Of a stretch of DNA of 64,000 nt, positions 27,796 through 40,999 are shown one piece after another. A program made the translations under genes and the position numbers. The stretch spans positions 33,666,001 through 33,730,000 of the forward strand of contig OZ024758.1 in NCBI GenBank assembly GCA_964016885.1, written 5' to 3'. Numbering within the stretch: the first letter of the stretch is position 1; every line of letters starts with the position of its first letter. The DNA is from Eledone cirrhosa (taxonomy: Eukaryota). The notes beneath the pieces were generated by a model. The model saw only the letters and a list, made by a program, of their open reading frames with translations. It did not search any database and was not told the origin of the DNA.

Positions 27796-30700
27796 ATGGT
27801 ACTAGCTGTCAGAAGTAACTCCACTGTTGGTGAGAATTCATTTAAGTTCATGGTATTAGCTGTCAGAAGGAACTCCACTGTTGGTGAGAATTCATTTAAG
27901 TTCATGGTACTAGCTGTCAGAAGTAACTCCACTGTTGGTGAGAATTCATTTAAGTTCATGGTATTAGTTTGTCAGAAGTAACTCCACTGTTGGTGAGAAT
28001 TCATTTAAGTTCATGGTATTAGCTGTCAGAAGTAACTCCACTGTTGGTGAGAATTCATTTAAGTCATGGTATTAGCTGTCAGAAGTAACTCCATTGTTGG
28101 TGAGAATTCATTTAAGTCATGGTACTAGCTGTCAGAAGTAACTCCACTGTTGGTGAGAATTCATTTAAGTTCATGGTACTAGCTGTCAGAAGTAACTCCA
28201 CTGTTGGTGAGAATTCATTTAAGTTCATGGTATTAGCTGTCAGAAGTCACTCCACTGTTGGTGAGAATTCATTTAAGTTCATGGTATTAGCTGTCACAAG
28301 TAACTCCACTGTTGGTGAGAATTCATTTAAGTTCATGGTATTAGCTGTCAGAAGTAACTCCACTGTTGGTGAGAATTCATTTAAGTTCATGGTATTAGCT
28401 GTCAGAAGTAACTCCACTGTTGGTGAGAATTCATTTAAGTTCATGGTATTAGCTGTCAGAAGGAACTCCAATGTTAGTGAGAATTCATTTAAGTCATGGT
28501 ACTAGCTGTCAGAAGTAACTCCACTGTTGGTGAGAATTCATTTAAGTTCATGGTATTAGCTGTCAGAAGGAACGCCACTGTTGGTGAGAATTCATTTAAG
28601 TTCATGGTATTAGCTGTCAGAAGTAACTCCACTGTTGGTGAGAATTCATTTAAGTTCATGGTACTAGCTGTCAGAAGTAACTCCAATGTTGGTGAGAATT
28701 CATTTAAGTTCATGGTATTAGCTGTCAGAAGGAACTCCACTGTTGGTGAGAATTCATTTAAGTTCATGGTATTAGCTGTCAGAAGTAACTCCACTGTTGG
28801 TGAGAATTCATTTAAGTTCATGGTACTAGTTGTCAAAAGTAACTCCACTGTTGGTGAGAATTCATTTAAGTTCATGGTATTAGCTGTCAGAAGGAACGCC
28901 ACTGTTGGTGAGAATTCATTTAAGTTCATGGTATTAGCTGTCAGAAGTAACTCCACTGTTGGTGAGAATTCATTTAAGTTCATTTTACTAGCTGTCAGAA
29001 GTAACCCCAATGTTGGTGAGAATTCATTTAAGTTCATGGTATTAGCTGTCAGAAGGAACTCCACTGTTGGTGAGAATTCATTTAAGTTCATGGTATTAGC
29101 TGTCAGAAGTAACTCCACTGTTGGTGAGAATTCATTTAAGTTCATGGTACTAGTTGTCAGAAGTAACTCCACTGTTGGTGAGAATTCATTTAAGTTCATG
29201 GTATTAGTTGTCAGAAGTAACTCCACTGTTGGTGAGAATTCATTTAAGTCATGGTATTAGTTGTCAGAAGTAACTCCAATGTTGGTGAGAATTCATTTAA
29301 GTTCATGGTACTAGCTGTCAGAAGTAACTCCACTGTTGGTGAGAATTCATTTAAGTTCATGGTATTAGCTGTCAGAAGGAACTCCACTGTTGGTGAGAAT
29401 TCATTTAAGTCATGGTATTAGCTGTCAGAAGTAACTCCATTGTTGGTGAGAATTCATTTAAGTCATGGTACTAGCTGTCAGAAGTAACTCCACTGTTGGT
29501 GAGAATTCATTTAAGTTCATGGTATTAGCTGTCAGAAGGAACTCCACTGTTGGTGAGAATTCATTTAAGTTCATGGTACTAGCTGTCAGAAGTAACTCCA
29601 CTGTTGGTGAGAATTCATTTAAGTCATGGTACTAGCTGTCAGAAGTAACTCCACTGTTGGTGAGAATTCATTTAAGTTCATGGTATTAGCTGTCAGAAGG
29701 AACTCCACTGTTGGTGAGAATTCATTTAAGTTCATGGTACTAGCTGTCAGAAGTAACTCCACTGTTGGTGAGAATTCATTTAAGTTCATGGTATTAGTTT
29801 GTCAGAAGTAACTCCACTGTTGGTGAGAATTCATTTAAGTTCATGGTATTAGTTGTCAGAAGTAACTCCACTGTTGGTGAGAATTCATTTAAGTCATGGT
29901 ATTAGTTGTCAGAAGTAACTCCAATGTTGGTGAGAATTCATTTAAGTTCATGGTACTAGCTGTCAGAAGTAACTCCAATGTTGGTGAGAATTCATTTAAG
30001 TTCATGGTACTAGCTGTCAGAAGTAACTCCACTGTTGGTGAGAATTCATTTAAGTTCATGGTATTAGCTGTCAGAAGGAACTCCACTGTTGGTGAGAATT
30101 CATTTAAGTTCATGGTATTAGCTGTCAGAAGGAACTCCACTGTTGGTGAGAATTCATTTAAGTCATGGTATTAGCTGTCAGAAGTAACTCCATTGTTGGT
30201 GAGAATTCATTTAAGTCATGGTACTAGCTGTCAGAAGTAACTCCACTGTTGGTGAGAATTCATTTAAGTTCATGGTATTAGCTGTCAGAAGGAACTCCAC
30301 TGTTGGTGAGAATTCATTTAAGTTCATGGTACTAGCTGTCAGAAGTAACTCCACTGTTGGTGAGAATTCATTTAAGTCATGGTACTAGCTGTCAGAAGTA
30401 ACTCCATTGTTGGTGAGAATTCATTTAAGTTCATGGTATTAGCTGTCAGAAGGAACTCCACTGTTGGTGAGAATTCATTTAAGTTCATGGTACTAGCTGT
30501 CAGAAGTAACTCCACTGTTGGTGAGAATTCATTTAAGTTCATGGTATTAGTTTGTCAGAAGTAACTCCACTGTTGGTGAGAATTCATTTAAGTTCATGGT
30601 ATTAGCTGTCAGAAGTAACTCCACTGTTGGTGAGAATTCATTTAAGTCATGGTATTAGCTGTCAGAAGTAACTCCATTGTTGGTGAGAATTCATTTAAGT

Positions 30701-32040
30701 CATGGTACTAGCTGTCAGAAGTAACTCCACTGTTGGTGAGAATTCATTTAAGTTCATGGTACTAGCTGTCAGAAGTAACTCCACTGTTGGTGAGAATTCA
30801 TTTAAGTTCATGGTATTAGCTGTCAGAAGTCACTCCACTGTTGGTGAGAATTCATTTAAGTTCATGGTATTAGCTGTCACAAGTAACTCCACTGTTGGTG
30901 AGAATTCATTTAAGTTCATGGTATTAGCTGTCAGAAGTAACTCCACTGTTGGTGAGAATTCATTTAAGTTCATGGTATTAGCTGTCAGAAGTAACTCCAC
31001 TGTTGGTGAGAATTCATTTAAGTTCATGGTATTAGCTGTCAGAAGGAACTCCAATGTTAGTGAGAATTCATTTAAGTCATGGTACTAGCTGTCAGAAGTA
31101 ACTCCACTGTTGGTGAGAATTCATTTAAGTTCATGGTATTAGCTGTCAGAAGGAACGCCACTGTTGGTGAGAATTCATTTAAGTTCATGGTATTAGCTGT
31201 CAGAAGTAACTCCACTGTTGGTGAGAATTCATTTAAGTTCATGGTACTAGCTGTCAGAAGTAACTCCAATGTTGGTGAGAATTCATTTAAGTTCATGGTA
31301 TTAGCTGTCAGAAGGAACTCCACTGTTGGTGAGAATTCATTTAAGTTCATGGTATTAGCTGTCAGAAGTAACTCCACTGTTGGTGAGAATTCATTTAAGT
31401 TCATGGTACTAGTTGTCAAAAGTAACTCCACTGTTGGTGAGAATTCATTTAAGTTCATGGTATTAGCTGTCAGAAGGAACGCCACTGTTGGTGAGAATTC
31501 ATTTAAGTTCATGGTATTAGCTGTCAGAAGTAACTCCACTGTTGGTGAGAATTCATTTAAGTTCATTTTACTAGCTGTCAGAAGTAACCCCAATGTTGGT
31601 GAGAATTCATTTAAGTTCATGGTATTAGCTGTCAGAAGGAACTCCACTGTTGGTGAGAATTCATTTAAGTTCATGGTATTAGCTGTCAGAAGTAACTCCA
31701 CTGTTGGTGAGAATTCATTTAAGTTCATGGTACTAGTTGTCAGAAGTAACTCCACTGTTGGTGAGAATTCATTTAAGTTCATGGTATTAGTTGTCAGAAG
31801 TAACTCCACTGTTGGTGAGAATTCATTTAAGTCATGGTATTAGTTGTCAGAAGTAACTCCAATGTTGGTGAGAATTCATTTAAGTTCATGGTACTAGCTG
31901 TCAGAAGTAACTCCACTGTTGGTGAGAATTCATTTAAGTTCATGGTATTAGCTGTCAGAAGGAACTCCACTGTTGGTGAGAATTCATTTAAGTCATGGTA
32001 TTAGCTGTCAGAAGTAACTCCATTGTTGGTGAGAATTCAT
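27796..32040. repeat. Duplication with offset 2583 bp (~48 monomers)
   Basis: Pairs 27796/30379, 28119/30702 and 28489/31072. Both copies carry gtcacaag, gttagtgag, tagttgtcaaaag and cattttact...aacccc. Confidence 0.9.
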
Positions 32041-32479
32041 TTAAGTCATGGTACTAGCTGTCAGAAGTAACTCCACTGTTGGTGAGAATTCATTTAAGTT
32101 CATGGTATTAGCTGTCAGAAGGAACTCCACTGTTGGTGAGAATTCATTTAAGTTCATGGTACTAGCTGTCAGAAGTAACTCCACTGTTGGTGAGAATTCA
32201 TTTAAGTTCATGGTATTAGTTTGTCAGAAGTAACTCCACTGTTGGTGAGAATTCATTTAAGTTCATGGTATTAGCTGTCAGAAGTAACTCCACTGTTGGT
32301 GAGAATTCATTTAAGTCATGGTATTAGCTGTCAGAAGTAACTCCATTGTTGGTGAGAATTCATTTAAGTCATGGTACTAGCTGTCAGAAGTAACTCCACT
32401 GTTGGTGAGAATTCATTTAAGTTCATGGTACTAGCTGTCAGAATTAACTCCACTGTTGGTGAGAATTCATTTAAGTTCA

Positions 32480-35400
32480 TGGTACTAGCTGTCAGAAGTA
32501 ACTCCACTGTTGGTGAGAATTCATTTAAGTTCATGGTATTAGTTTGTCAGAAGTAACTCCACTGTTGGTGAGAATTCATTTAAGCCATGGTATTAGTTGT
32601 CAGAAGTAACTCCAATGTTGGTGAGAATTCATTTAAGTCATGGTACTAGCTGTCAGAAGTAACTCCAATGTTGGTGAGAATTCATTTAAGTTCATGGTAT
32701 TAGCTGTCAGAAGGAACTCCACTGTTGGTGAGAATTCATTTAAGTTCATGGTATTAGCTATCAGAAGTAACTCCAATGTTGGTGAGAATTCATTTAAGTT
32801 CATGGTATTAGCTGTCAGAAGTAACTCCACTGTTGGTGAGAATTCATTTAAGTTCATGGTACTAGCTGTCAGAAGTAACTCCACTGTTGGTGAGAATTCA
32901 TTTAAGTTCATGGTATTAGCTGTCAGAAGTAACTCCACTGTTGGTGAGAATTCATTTAAGTTCATGGTATTAGCTGTCAGAAGTAACTCCACTGTTGGTG
33001 AGAATTCATTTAAGTTCATGGTACTAGCTGTCAGAAGTAACTCCACTGTTGGTGAGAATTCATTTAAGTTCATGGTATTAGCTTGTCAGAAGTAACTCCA
33101 CTGTTGGTGAGAATTCATTTAAGTCATGGTATTAGTTGTCAGAAGTAACTCCAATGTTGGTGAGAATTCATTTAAGTTCATGGTACTAGCTGTCAGAAGT
33201 AACTCCACTGTTGGTGAGAATTCATTTAAGTTCATGGTATTAGCTGTCAGAAGTAACTCCACTGTTGGTGAGAATTCATTTAAGTCATGGTATTATCTGT
33301 CAGAAGTAACTCCATTGTTGGTGAGAATTCATTTAAGTCATGGTACTAGCTGTCAGAAGTAACTCCACTGTTGGTGAGAATTCATTTAAGTTCATGGTAC
33401 TAGCTGTCAGAAGTAACTCCACTGTTGGTGAGAATTCATTTAAGTTCATGGTACTAGCTGTCAGAAGTAACTCCACTGTTGGTGAGAATTCATTTAAGTT
33501 CATGGTACTAGCTGTCAGAAGTAACTCCACTGTTGGTGAGAATTCATTTAAGTTCATGGTACTAGCTGTCAGAAGTAACTCCACTGTTGGTGAGAATTCA
33601 TTTAAGTTCATGGTACTAGCTGTCAGAAGTAACTCCAATGTTGGTGAGAATTCATTTAAGTTCATGGTATTAGCTGTCAGAAGGAACTCCACTGTTGGTG
33701 AGAATTCATTTAAGTTCATGGTATTAGCTGTCAGAAGTAACTCCATTGTTGGTGAGAATTCATTTAAGTCATGGTACTAGCTGTCAGAAGTAACTCCACT
33801 GTTGGTGAGAATTCATTTAAGTTCATGGTATTAGTTTGTCAGAAGTAACTCCACTGTTGGTGAGAATTCATTTAAGTCATGGTATTAGTTGTCAGAAGTA
33901 ACTCCAATGTTGGTGAGAATTCATTTAAGTTCATGGTACTAGCTGTCAGAAGTAACTCCATTGTTGGTGAGAATTCATTTAAGTTCATGGTACTAGCTGT
34001 CAGAAGTAACTCCACTGTTGGTGAGAATTCATTTAAGTTCATGGTATTAGTTTGTCAGAAGTAACTCCACTGTTGGTGAGAATTCATTTAAGTCATGGTA
34101 TTAGTTGTCAGAAGTAACTCCAATGTTGGTGAGAATTCATTTAAGTCATGGTACAAGCTGTCAGAAGTAACTCCAATGTTGGTGAGAATTCATTTAAGTT
34201 CATGGTATTAGCTGTCAGAAGGAACTCCACTGTTGGTGAGAATTCATTTAAGTTCATGGTATTAGCTGTCAGAAGTAACTCAACTGTTGGTGAGAATTCA
34301 TTTAAGTTCATGGTACTAGCTGTCAGAAGTAACTCCAATGTTGGTGAGAATTCATTTAAGTTCATGGTATTAGCTGTCAGAAGTAACTCCACTGTTGGTG
34401 AGAATTCATTTAAGTCATGGTATTAGCTGTCAGAAGTAACTCCAATGTTGGTGAGAATTCATTTAAGTTCATGGTATTAGCTGTCAGAAGTAACTCCACT
34501 GTTGGTGAGAATTCATTTAAGTTCATGGTATTAGCTGTCAGAAGTAACTCCACTGTTGGTGAGAATTCATTTAAGTTCATGGTATTAGCTGTCAGAAGGA
34601 ACTCCACTGTTGGTGAGAATACATTTAAGTTCATGGTACTAGCTGTCAGAAGTAACTCCACTGTTGGTGAGAATTCATTTAAGTTCATGGTATTAGCTGT
34701 CAGAAGGAACTCCAATGTTGGTGAGAATTCATTTAAGTCATGGTACTAGCTGTCAGAAGTAACTCCACTGTTGGTGAGAATTCATTTAAGTTCATGGTAT
34801 TAGCTGTCAGAAGGAACGCCACTGTTGGTGAGAATTCATTTAAGTTCATGGTATTAGCTGTCAGAAGTAACTCCACTGTTGGTGAGAATTCATTTAAGTT
34901 CATGGTACTAGCTGTCAGAAGTAACTCCAATGTTGGTGAGAATTCATTTCAGTTCATGGTATTAGCTGTCAGAAGGAACTCCACTGTTGGTGAGAATTCA
35001 TTTAAGTTCATGGTATTAGCTGTCAGAAGTAACTCCACTGTTGGTGAGAATTCATTTATGTTCATGGTACTAGTTGTCAGAAGTAACTCCACTGTTGGTG
35101 AGAATATATTTAAGTTCATGGTATTAGTTGTCAGAAGTAACTCCACTGTTGGTGAGAATTCATTTAAGTTCATGGTATTAGCTGTCAGAAGTAACTCCAC
35201 TGTTGGTGAGAATTCATTTAAGTCATGGTATTAGCTGTCAGAAGTAACTCCATTGTTGGGGAGCATTCATTTAAGTCATGGTACTAGCTGTCAGAAGTAA
35301 CTCCACTGTTGGTGAGAATTCATTTAAGTTCATGGTATTAGCTGTCAGAAGTCACTCCACTGTTGGTGAGAATTCATTTAAGTTCATGGTACTAGCTGTC

Positions 35401-38400
35401 AAAAGTAACTCCACTGTTGGTGAGAATTCATTTAAGTTCATGGTATTAGTTTGTCAGAAGTAACTCCACTGTTGGTGAGAATTCATTTAAGTCATGGTAT
35501 TAGTTGTCAGAAGTAACTCCAATGTTGGTGAGAATTCATTTAAGTCATGGTACTAGCTGTCAGAAGTAACTCCAATGTTGGTGAGAATTCATTTAAGTTC
35601 ATGGTATTAGCTGTCAGAAGGAACTCCACTGTTGGTGAGAATTCATTTAAGTTCATGGTATTAGCTGTCAGAAGTAACTCCACTGTTGGTGAGAATTCAT
35701 TTAAGTTCATGGTACTAGCTGTCAGAAGTAACTCCAATGTTGGTGAGAATTCATTTAAGTTCATGGTATTAGCTGTCAGAAGTAACTCCACTGTTGGTGA
35801 GAATTCATTTAAGTCATGGTATTAGCTGTCAGAAGTAACTCCAATGTTGGTGAGAATTCATTTAAGTTCATGGTATTAGCTGTCAGAAGTAACTTCACTG
35901 TTGGTGAGAATTCATTTAAGTTCATGGTATTAGCTGTCAGAAGTAACTCCACTGTTGGTGAGAATTCATTTAAGTTCATGGTACTAGCTGTCAGAAGTAA
36001 CTCCACTGTTGGTGAGAATTCATTTAAGTTCATGGTATTAGTTTGTCAGAAGTAACTCCACTGTTGGTGAGAATTCATTTAAGTCATGGTATTAGCTGTC
36101 AGAAGTAACTCCAATGTTGGTGAGAATTCATTTAAGTTCATGGTATTAGCTGTCAGAAGTAACTTCACTGTTGGTGAGAATTCATTTAAGTTCATGGTAT
36201 TAGCTGTCAGAAGTAACTCCAATGTTGGTGAGAATTCATTTAAGTCATGGTACTAGCTGTCAGAAGTAACTCCACTGTTGGTGAGAATTCATTTAAGTTC
36301 ATGGTATTAGTTTGTCAGAAGTAACTCCACTGTTGGTGAGAATTCATTTAAGCCATGGTATTAGTTGTCAGAAGTAACTCCAATGTTGGTGAGAATTCAT
36401 TTAAGTCATGGTACTAGCTGTCAGAAGTAACTCCAATGTTGGTGAGAATTCATTTAAGTTCATGGTATTAGCTGTCAGAAGGAACTCCACTGTTGGTGAG
36501 AATTCATTTAAGTTCATGGTATTAGCTGTCAGAAGTAACTCCAATGTTGGTGAGAATTCATTTAAGTTCATGGTATTAGCTGTCAGAAGTAACTCCACTG
36601 TTGGTGAGAATTCATTTAAGTTCATGGTACTAGCTGTCAGAAGTAACTCCACTGTTGGTGAGAATTCATTTAAGTTCATGGTATTAGCTGTCAGAAGTAA
36701 CTCCACTGTTGGTGAGAATTCATTTAAGTTCATGGTATTAGCTGTCAGAAGTAACTCCACTGTTGGTGAGAATTCATTTAAGTTCATGGTACTAGCTGTC
36801 AGAAGTAACTCCACTGTTGGTGAGAATTCATTTAAGTTCATGGTATTAGCTTGTCAGAAGTAACTCCACTGTTGGTGAGAATTCATTTAAGTCATGGTAT
36901 TAGTTGTCAGAAATAACTCCAATGTTGGTGAGAATTCATTTAAGTTCATGGTACTAGCTGTCAGAAGTAACTCCACTGTTGGTGAGAATTCATTTAAGTT
37001 CATGGTATTAGCTGTCAGAAGTAACTCCACTGTTGGTGAGAATTCATTTAAGTCATGGTATTATCTGTCAGAAGTAACTCCATTGTTGGTGAGAATTCAT
37101 TTAAGTCATGGTACTAGCTGTCAGAAGTAACTCCACTGTTGGTGAGAATTCATTTAAGTTCATGGTACTAGCTGTCAGAAGTAACTCCACTGTTGGTGAG
37201 AATTCATTTAAGTTCATGGTACTAGCTGTCAGAAGTAACTCCACTGTTGGTGAGAATTCATTTAAGTTCATGGTACTAGCTGTCAGAAGTAACTCCACTG
37301 TTGGTGAGAATTCATTTAAGTTCATGGTACTAGCTGTCAGAAGTAACTCCACTGTTGGTGAGAATTCATTTAAGTTCATGGTACTAGCTGTCAGAAGTAA
37401 CTCCAATGTTGGTGAGAATTCATTTAAGTTCATGGTATTAGCTGTCAGAAGGAACTCCACTGTTGGTGAGAATTCATTTAAGTTCATGGTATTAGCTGTC
37501 AGAAGTAACTCCATTGTTGGTGAGAATTCATTTAAGTCATGGTACTAGCTGTCAGAAGTAACTCCACTGTTGGTGAGAATTCATTTAAGTTCATGGTATT
37601 AGTTTGTCAGAAGTAACTCCACTGTTGGTGAGAATTCATTTAAGTCATGGTATTAGTTGTCAGAAGTAACTCCAATGTTGGTGAGAATTCATTTGAGTTC
37701 ATGGTACTAGCTGTCAGAAGTAACTCCATTGTTGGTGAGAATTCATTTAAGTTCATGGTACTAGCTGTCAGAAGTAACTCCACTGTTGGTGAGAATTCAT
37801 TTAAGTTCATGGTATTAGTTTGTCAGAAGTAACTCCACTGTTGGTGAGAATTCATTTAAGTCATGGTATTAGTTGTCAGAAGTAACTCCAATGTTGGTGA
37901 GAATTCATTTAAGTCATGGTACAAGCTGTCAGAAGTAACTCCAATGTTGGTGAGAATTCATTTAAGTTCATGGTATTAGCTGTCAGAAGGAACTCCACTG
38001 TTGGTGAGAATTCATTTAAGTTCATGGTATTAGCTGTCAGAAGTAACTCAACTGTTGGTGAGAATTCATTTAAGTTCATGGTACTAGCTGTCAGAAGTAA
38101 CTCCAATGTTGGTGAGAATTCATTTAAGTTCATGGTATTAGCTGTCAGAAGTAACTCCACTGTTGGTGAGAATTCATTTAAGTCATGGTATTAGCTGTCA
38201 GAAGTAACTCCAATGTTGGTGAGAATTCATTTAAGTTCATGGTATTAGCTGTCAGAAGTAACTCCACTGTTGGTGAGAATTCATTTAAGTTCATGGTATT
38301 AGCTGTCAGAAGTAACTCCACTGTTGGTGAGAATTCATTTAAGTTCATGGTATTAGCTGTCAGAAGGAACTCCACTGTTGGTGAGAATACATTTAACTTC

Positions 38401-39520
38401 ATGGTACTAGCTGTCAGAAGTAACTCCACTGTTGGTGAGAATTCATTTAAGTACATGGTATTAGCTGTCAGAAGGAACTCCAATGTTGGTGAGAATTCAT
38501 TTAAGTCATGGTACTAGCTGTCAGAAGTAACTCCACTGTTGGTGAGAATTCATTTAAGTTCATGGTATTAGCTGTCAGAAGGAACGCCACTGTTGGTGAG
38601 AATTCATTTAAGTTCATGGTATTAGCTGTCAGAAGTAACTCCACTGTTGGTGAGAATTCATTTAAGTTCATGGTACTAGCTGTCAGAAGTAACTCCAATG
38701 TTGGTGAGAATTCATTTCAGTTCATGGTATTAGCTGTCAGAAGGAACTCCACTGTTGGTGAGAATTCATTTAAGTTCATGGTATTAGCTGTCAGAAGTAA
38801 CTCCACTGTTGGTGAGAATTCATTTATGTTCATGGTACTAGTTGTCAGAAGTAACTCCACTGTTGGTGAGAATATATTTAAGTTCATGGTATTAGTTGTC
38901 AGAAGTAACTCCACTGTTGGTGAGAATTCATTTAAGTTCATGGTATTAGCTGTCAGAAGTAACTCCACTGTTGGTGAGAATTCATTTAAGTCATGGTATT
39001 AGCTGTCAGAAGTAACTCCATTGTTGGGGAGCATTCATTTAAGTCATGGTACTAGCTGTCAGAAGTAACTCCACTGTTGGTGAGAATTCATTTAAGTTCA
39101 TGGTATTAGCTGTCAGAAGTCACTCCACTGTTGGTGAGAATTCATTTAAGTTCATGGTACTAGCTGTCAAAAGTAACTCCACTGTTGGTGAGAATTCATT
39201 TAAGTTCATGGTATTAGTTTGTCAGAAGTAACTCCACTGTTGGTGAGAATTCATTTAAGTCATGGTATTAGTTGTCAGAAGTAACTCCAATGTTGGTGAG
39301 AATTCATTTAAGTCATGGTACTAGCTGTCAGAAGTAACTCCAATGTTGGTGAGAATTCATTTAAGTTCATGGTATTAGCTGTCAGAAGGAACTCCACTGT
39401 TGGTGAGAATTCATTTAAGTTCATGGTATTAGCTGTCAGAAGTAACTCCACTGTTGGTGAGAATTCATTTAAGTTCATGGTACTAGCTGTCAGAAGTAAC
39501 TCCAATGTTGGTGAGAATTC
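32480..39520. repeat. Near-tandem duplication, offset 3768 bp (~70 monomers)
   Basis: Pairs 32633/36401, 33126/36894, 33333/37101, 33879/37647, 34733/38501 and 35540/39308. Confidence 0.9.
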
Positions 39521-40999
39521 ATTTAAGTTCATGGTATTAGCTGTCAGAAGTAACTTCACTGTTGGTGAGAATTCATTTAAGTTCATGGTATTAGCTGTCA
39601 GAAGTAACTCCACTGTTGGTGAGAATTCATTTAAGTTCATGGTACTAGCTGTCAGAAGTAACTCCACTGTTGGTGAGAATTCATTTAAGTTCATGGTATT
39701 AGTTTGTCAGAAGTAACTCCACTGTTGGTGAGAATTCATTTAAGTTCATAGTATTAGCTGTCAGAAGGAACGCCACTGTTGGTGAGAATTCATTTAAGTT
39801 CATGGTATTAGCTGTCAGAAGTAACTCCACTGTTGGTGAGAATTCATTTAAGTTCATGGTACTAGCTGTCAGAAGTAACTCCAATGTTGGTGAGAATTCA
39901 TTTAAGTTCATGGTATTAGCTGTCAGAATTAACTCCACTGTTGGTGAGAATTCATTTAAGTTCATGGTATTAGCTGTCAGAAGTAACTCCATTGTTGGTG
40001 AGAATTCATTTAAGTCATGGTACTAGCTGTCAGAAGTAACTCCACTGTTGGTGAGAATTCATTTAAGTTCATGGTATTAGTTTGTCAGAAGTAACTCCAC
40101 TGTTGGTGAGAATTCATTTAAGTCATGGTATTAGTTGTCAGAAGTAACTCCAATGTTGGTGAGAATTCATTTAAGTTCATGGTACTAGCTGTCAGAAGTA
40201 ACTCCATTGTTGGTGAGAATTCATTTAAGTTCATGGTACTAGCTGTCAGAAGTAACTCCACTGTTGGTGAGAATTCATTTAAGTTCATGGTATTAGTTTG
40301 TCAGAAGTAACTCCACTGTTGGTGAGAATTCATTTTAGCCATGGTATTAGTTGTCAGAAGTAACTCCAATGTTGGTGAGAATTCATTTAAGTCATGGTAC
40401 TAGCTGTCAGAAGTAACTCCAATGTTGGTGAGAATTCATTTAAGTTCATGGTATTAGCTGTCAGAAGGAACTCCACTGTTGGTGAGAATTCATTTAAGTT
40501 CATGGTATTAGCTGTCAGAAGTAACTCCAATGTTGGTGAGAATTCATTTAAGTTCATGGTATTAGCTGTCAGAAGTAACTCCACTGTTGGTGAGAATTCA
40601 TTTAAGTTCATGGTACTAGCTGTCAGAAGTAACTCCACTGTTGGTGAGAATTCATTTAAGTTCATGGTATTAGCTGTCAGAAGTAACTCCACTGTTGGTG
40701 AGAATTCATTTAAGTTCATGGTATTAGCTGTCAGAAGTAACTCCACTGTTGGTGAGAATTCATTTAAGTTCATGGTACTAGCTGTCAGAAGTAACTCCAC
40801 TGTTGGTGAGAATTCATTTAAGTTCATGGTATTAGCTTGTCAGAAGTAACTCCACTGTTGGTGAGAATTCATTTAAGTCATGGTATTAGTTGTCAGAAGT
40901 AACTCCAATGTTGGTGAGAATTCATTTAAGTTCATGGTACTAGCTGTCAGAAGTAACTCCACTGTTGGTGAGAATTCATTTAAGTTCATGGTATTAGCT

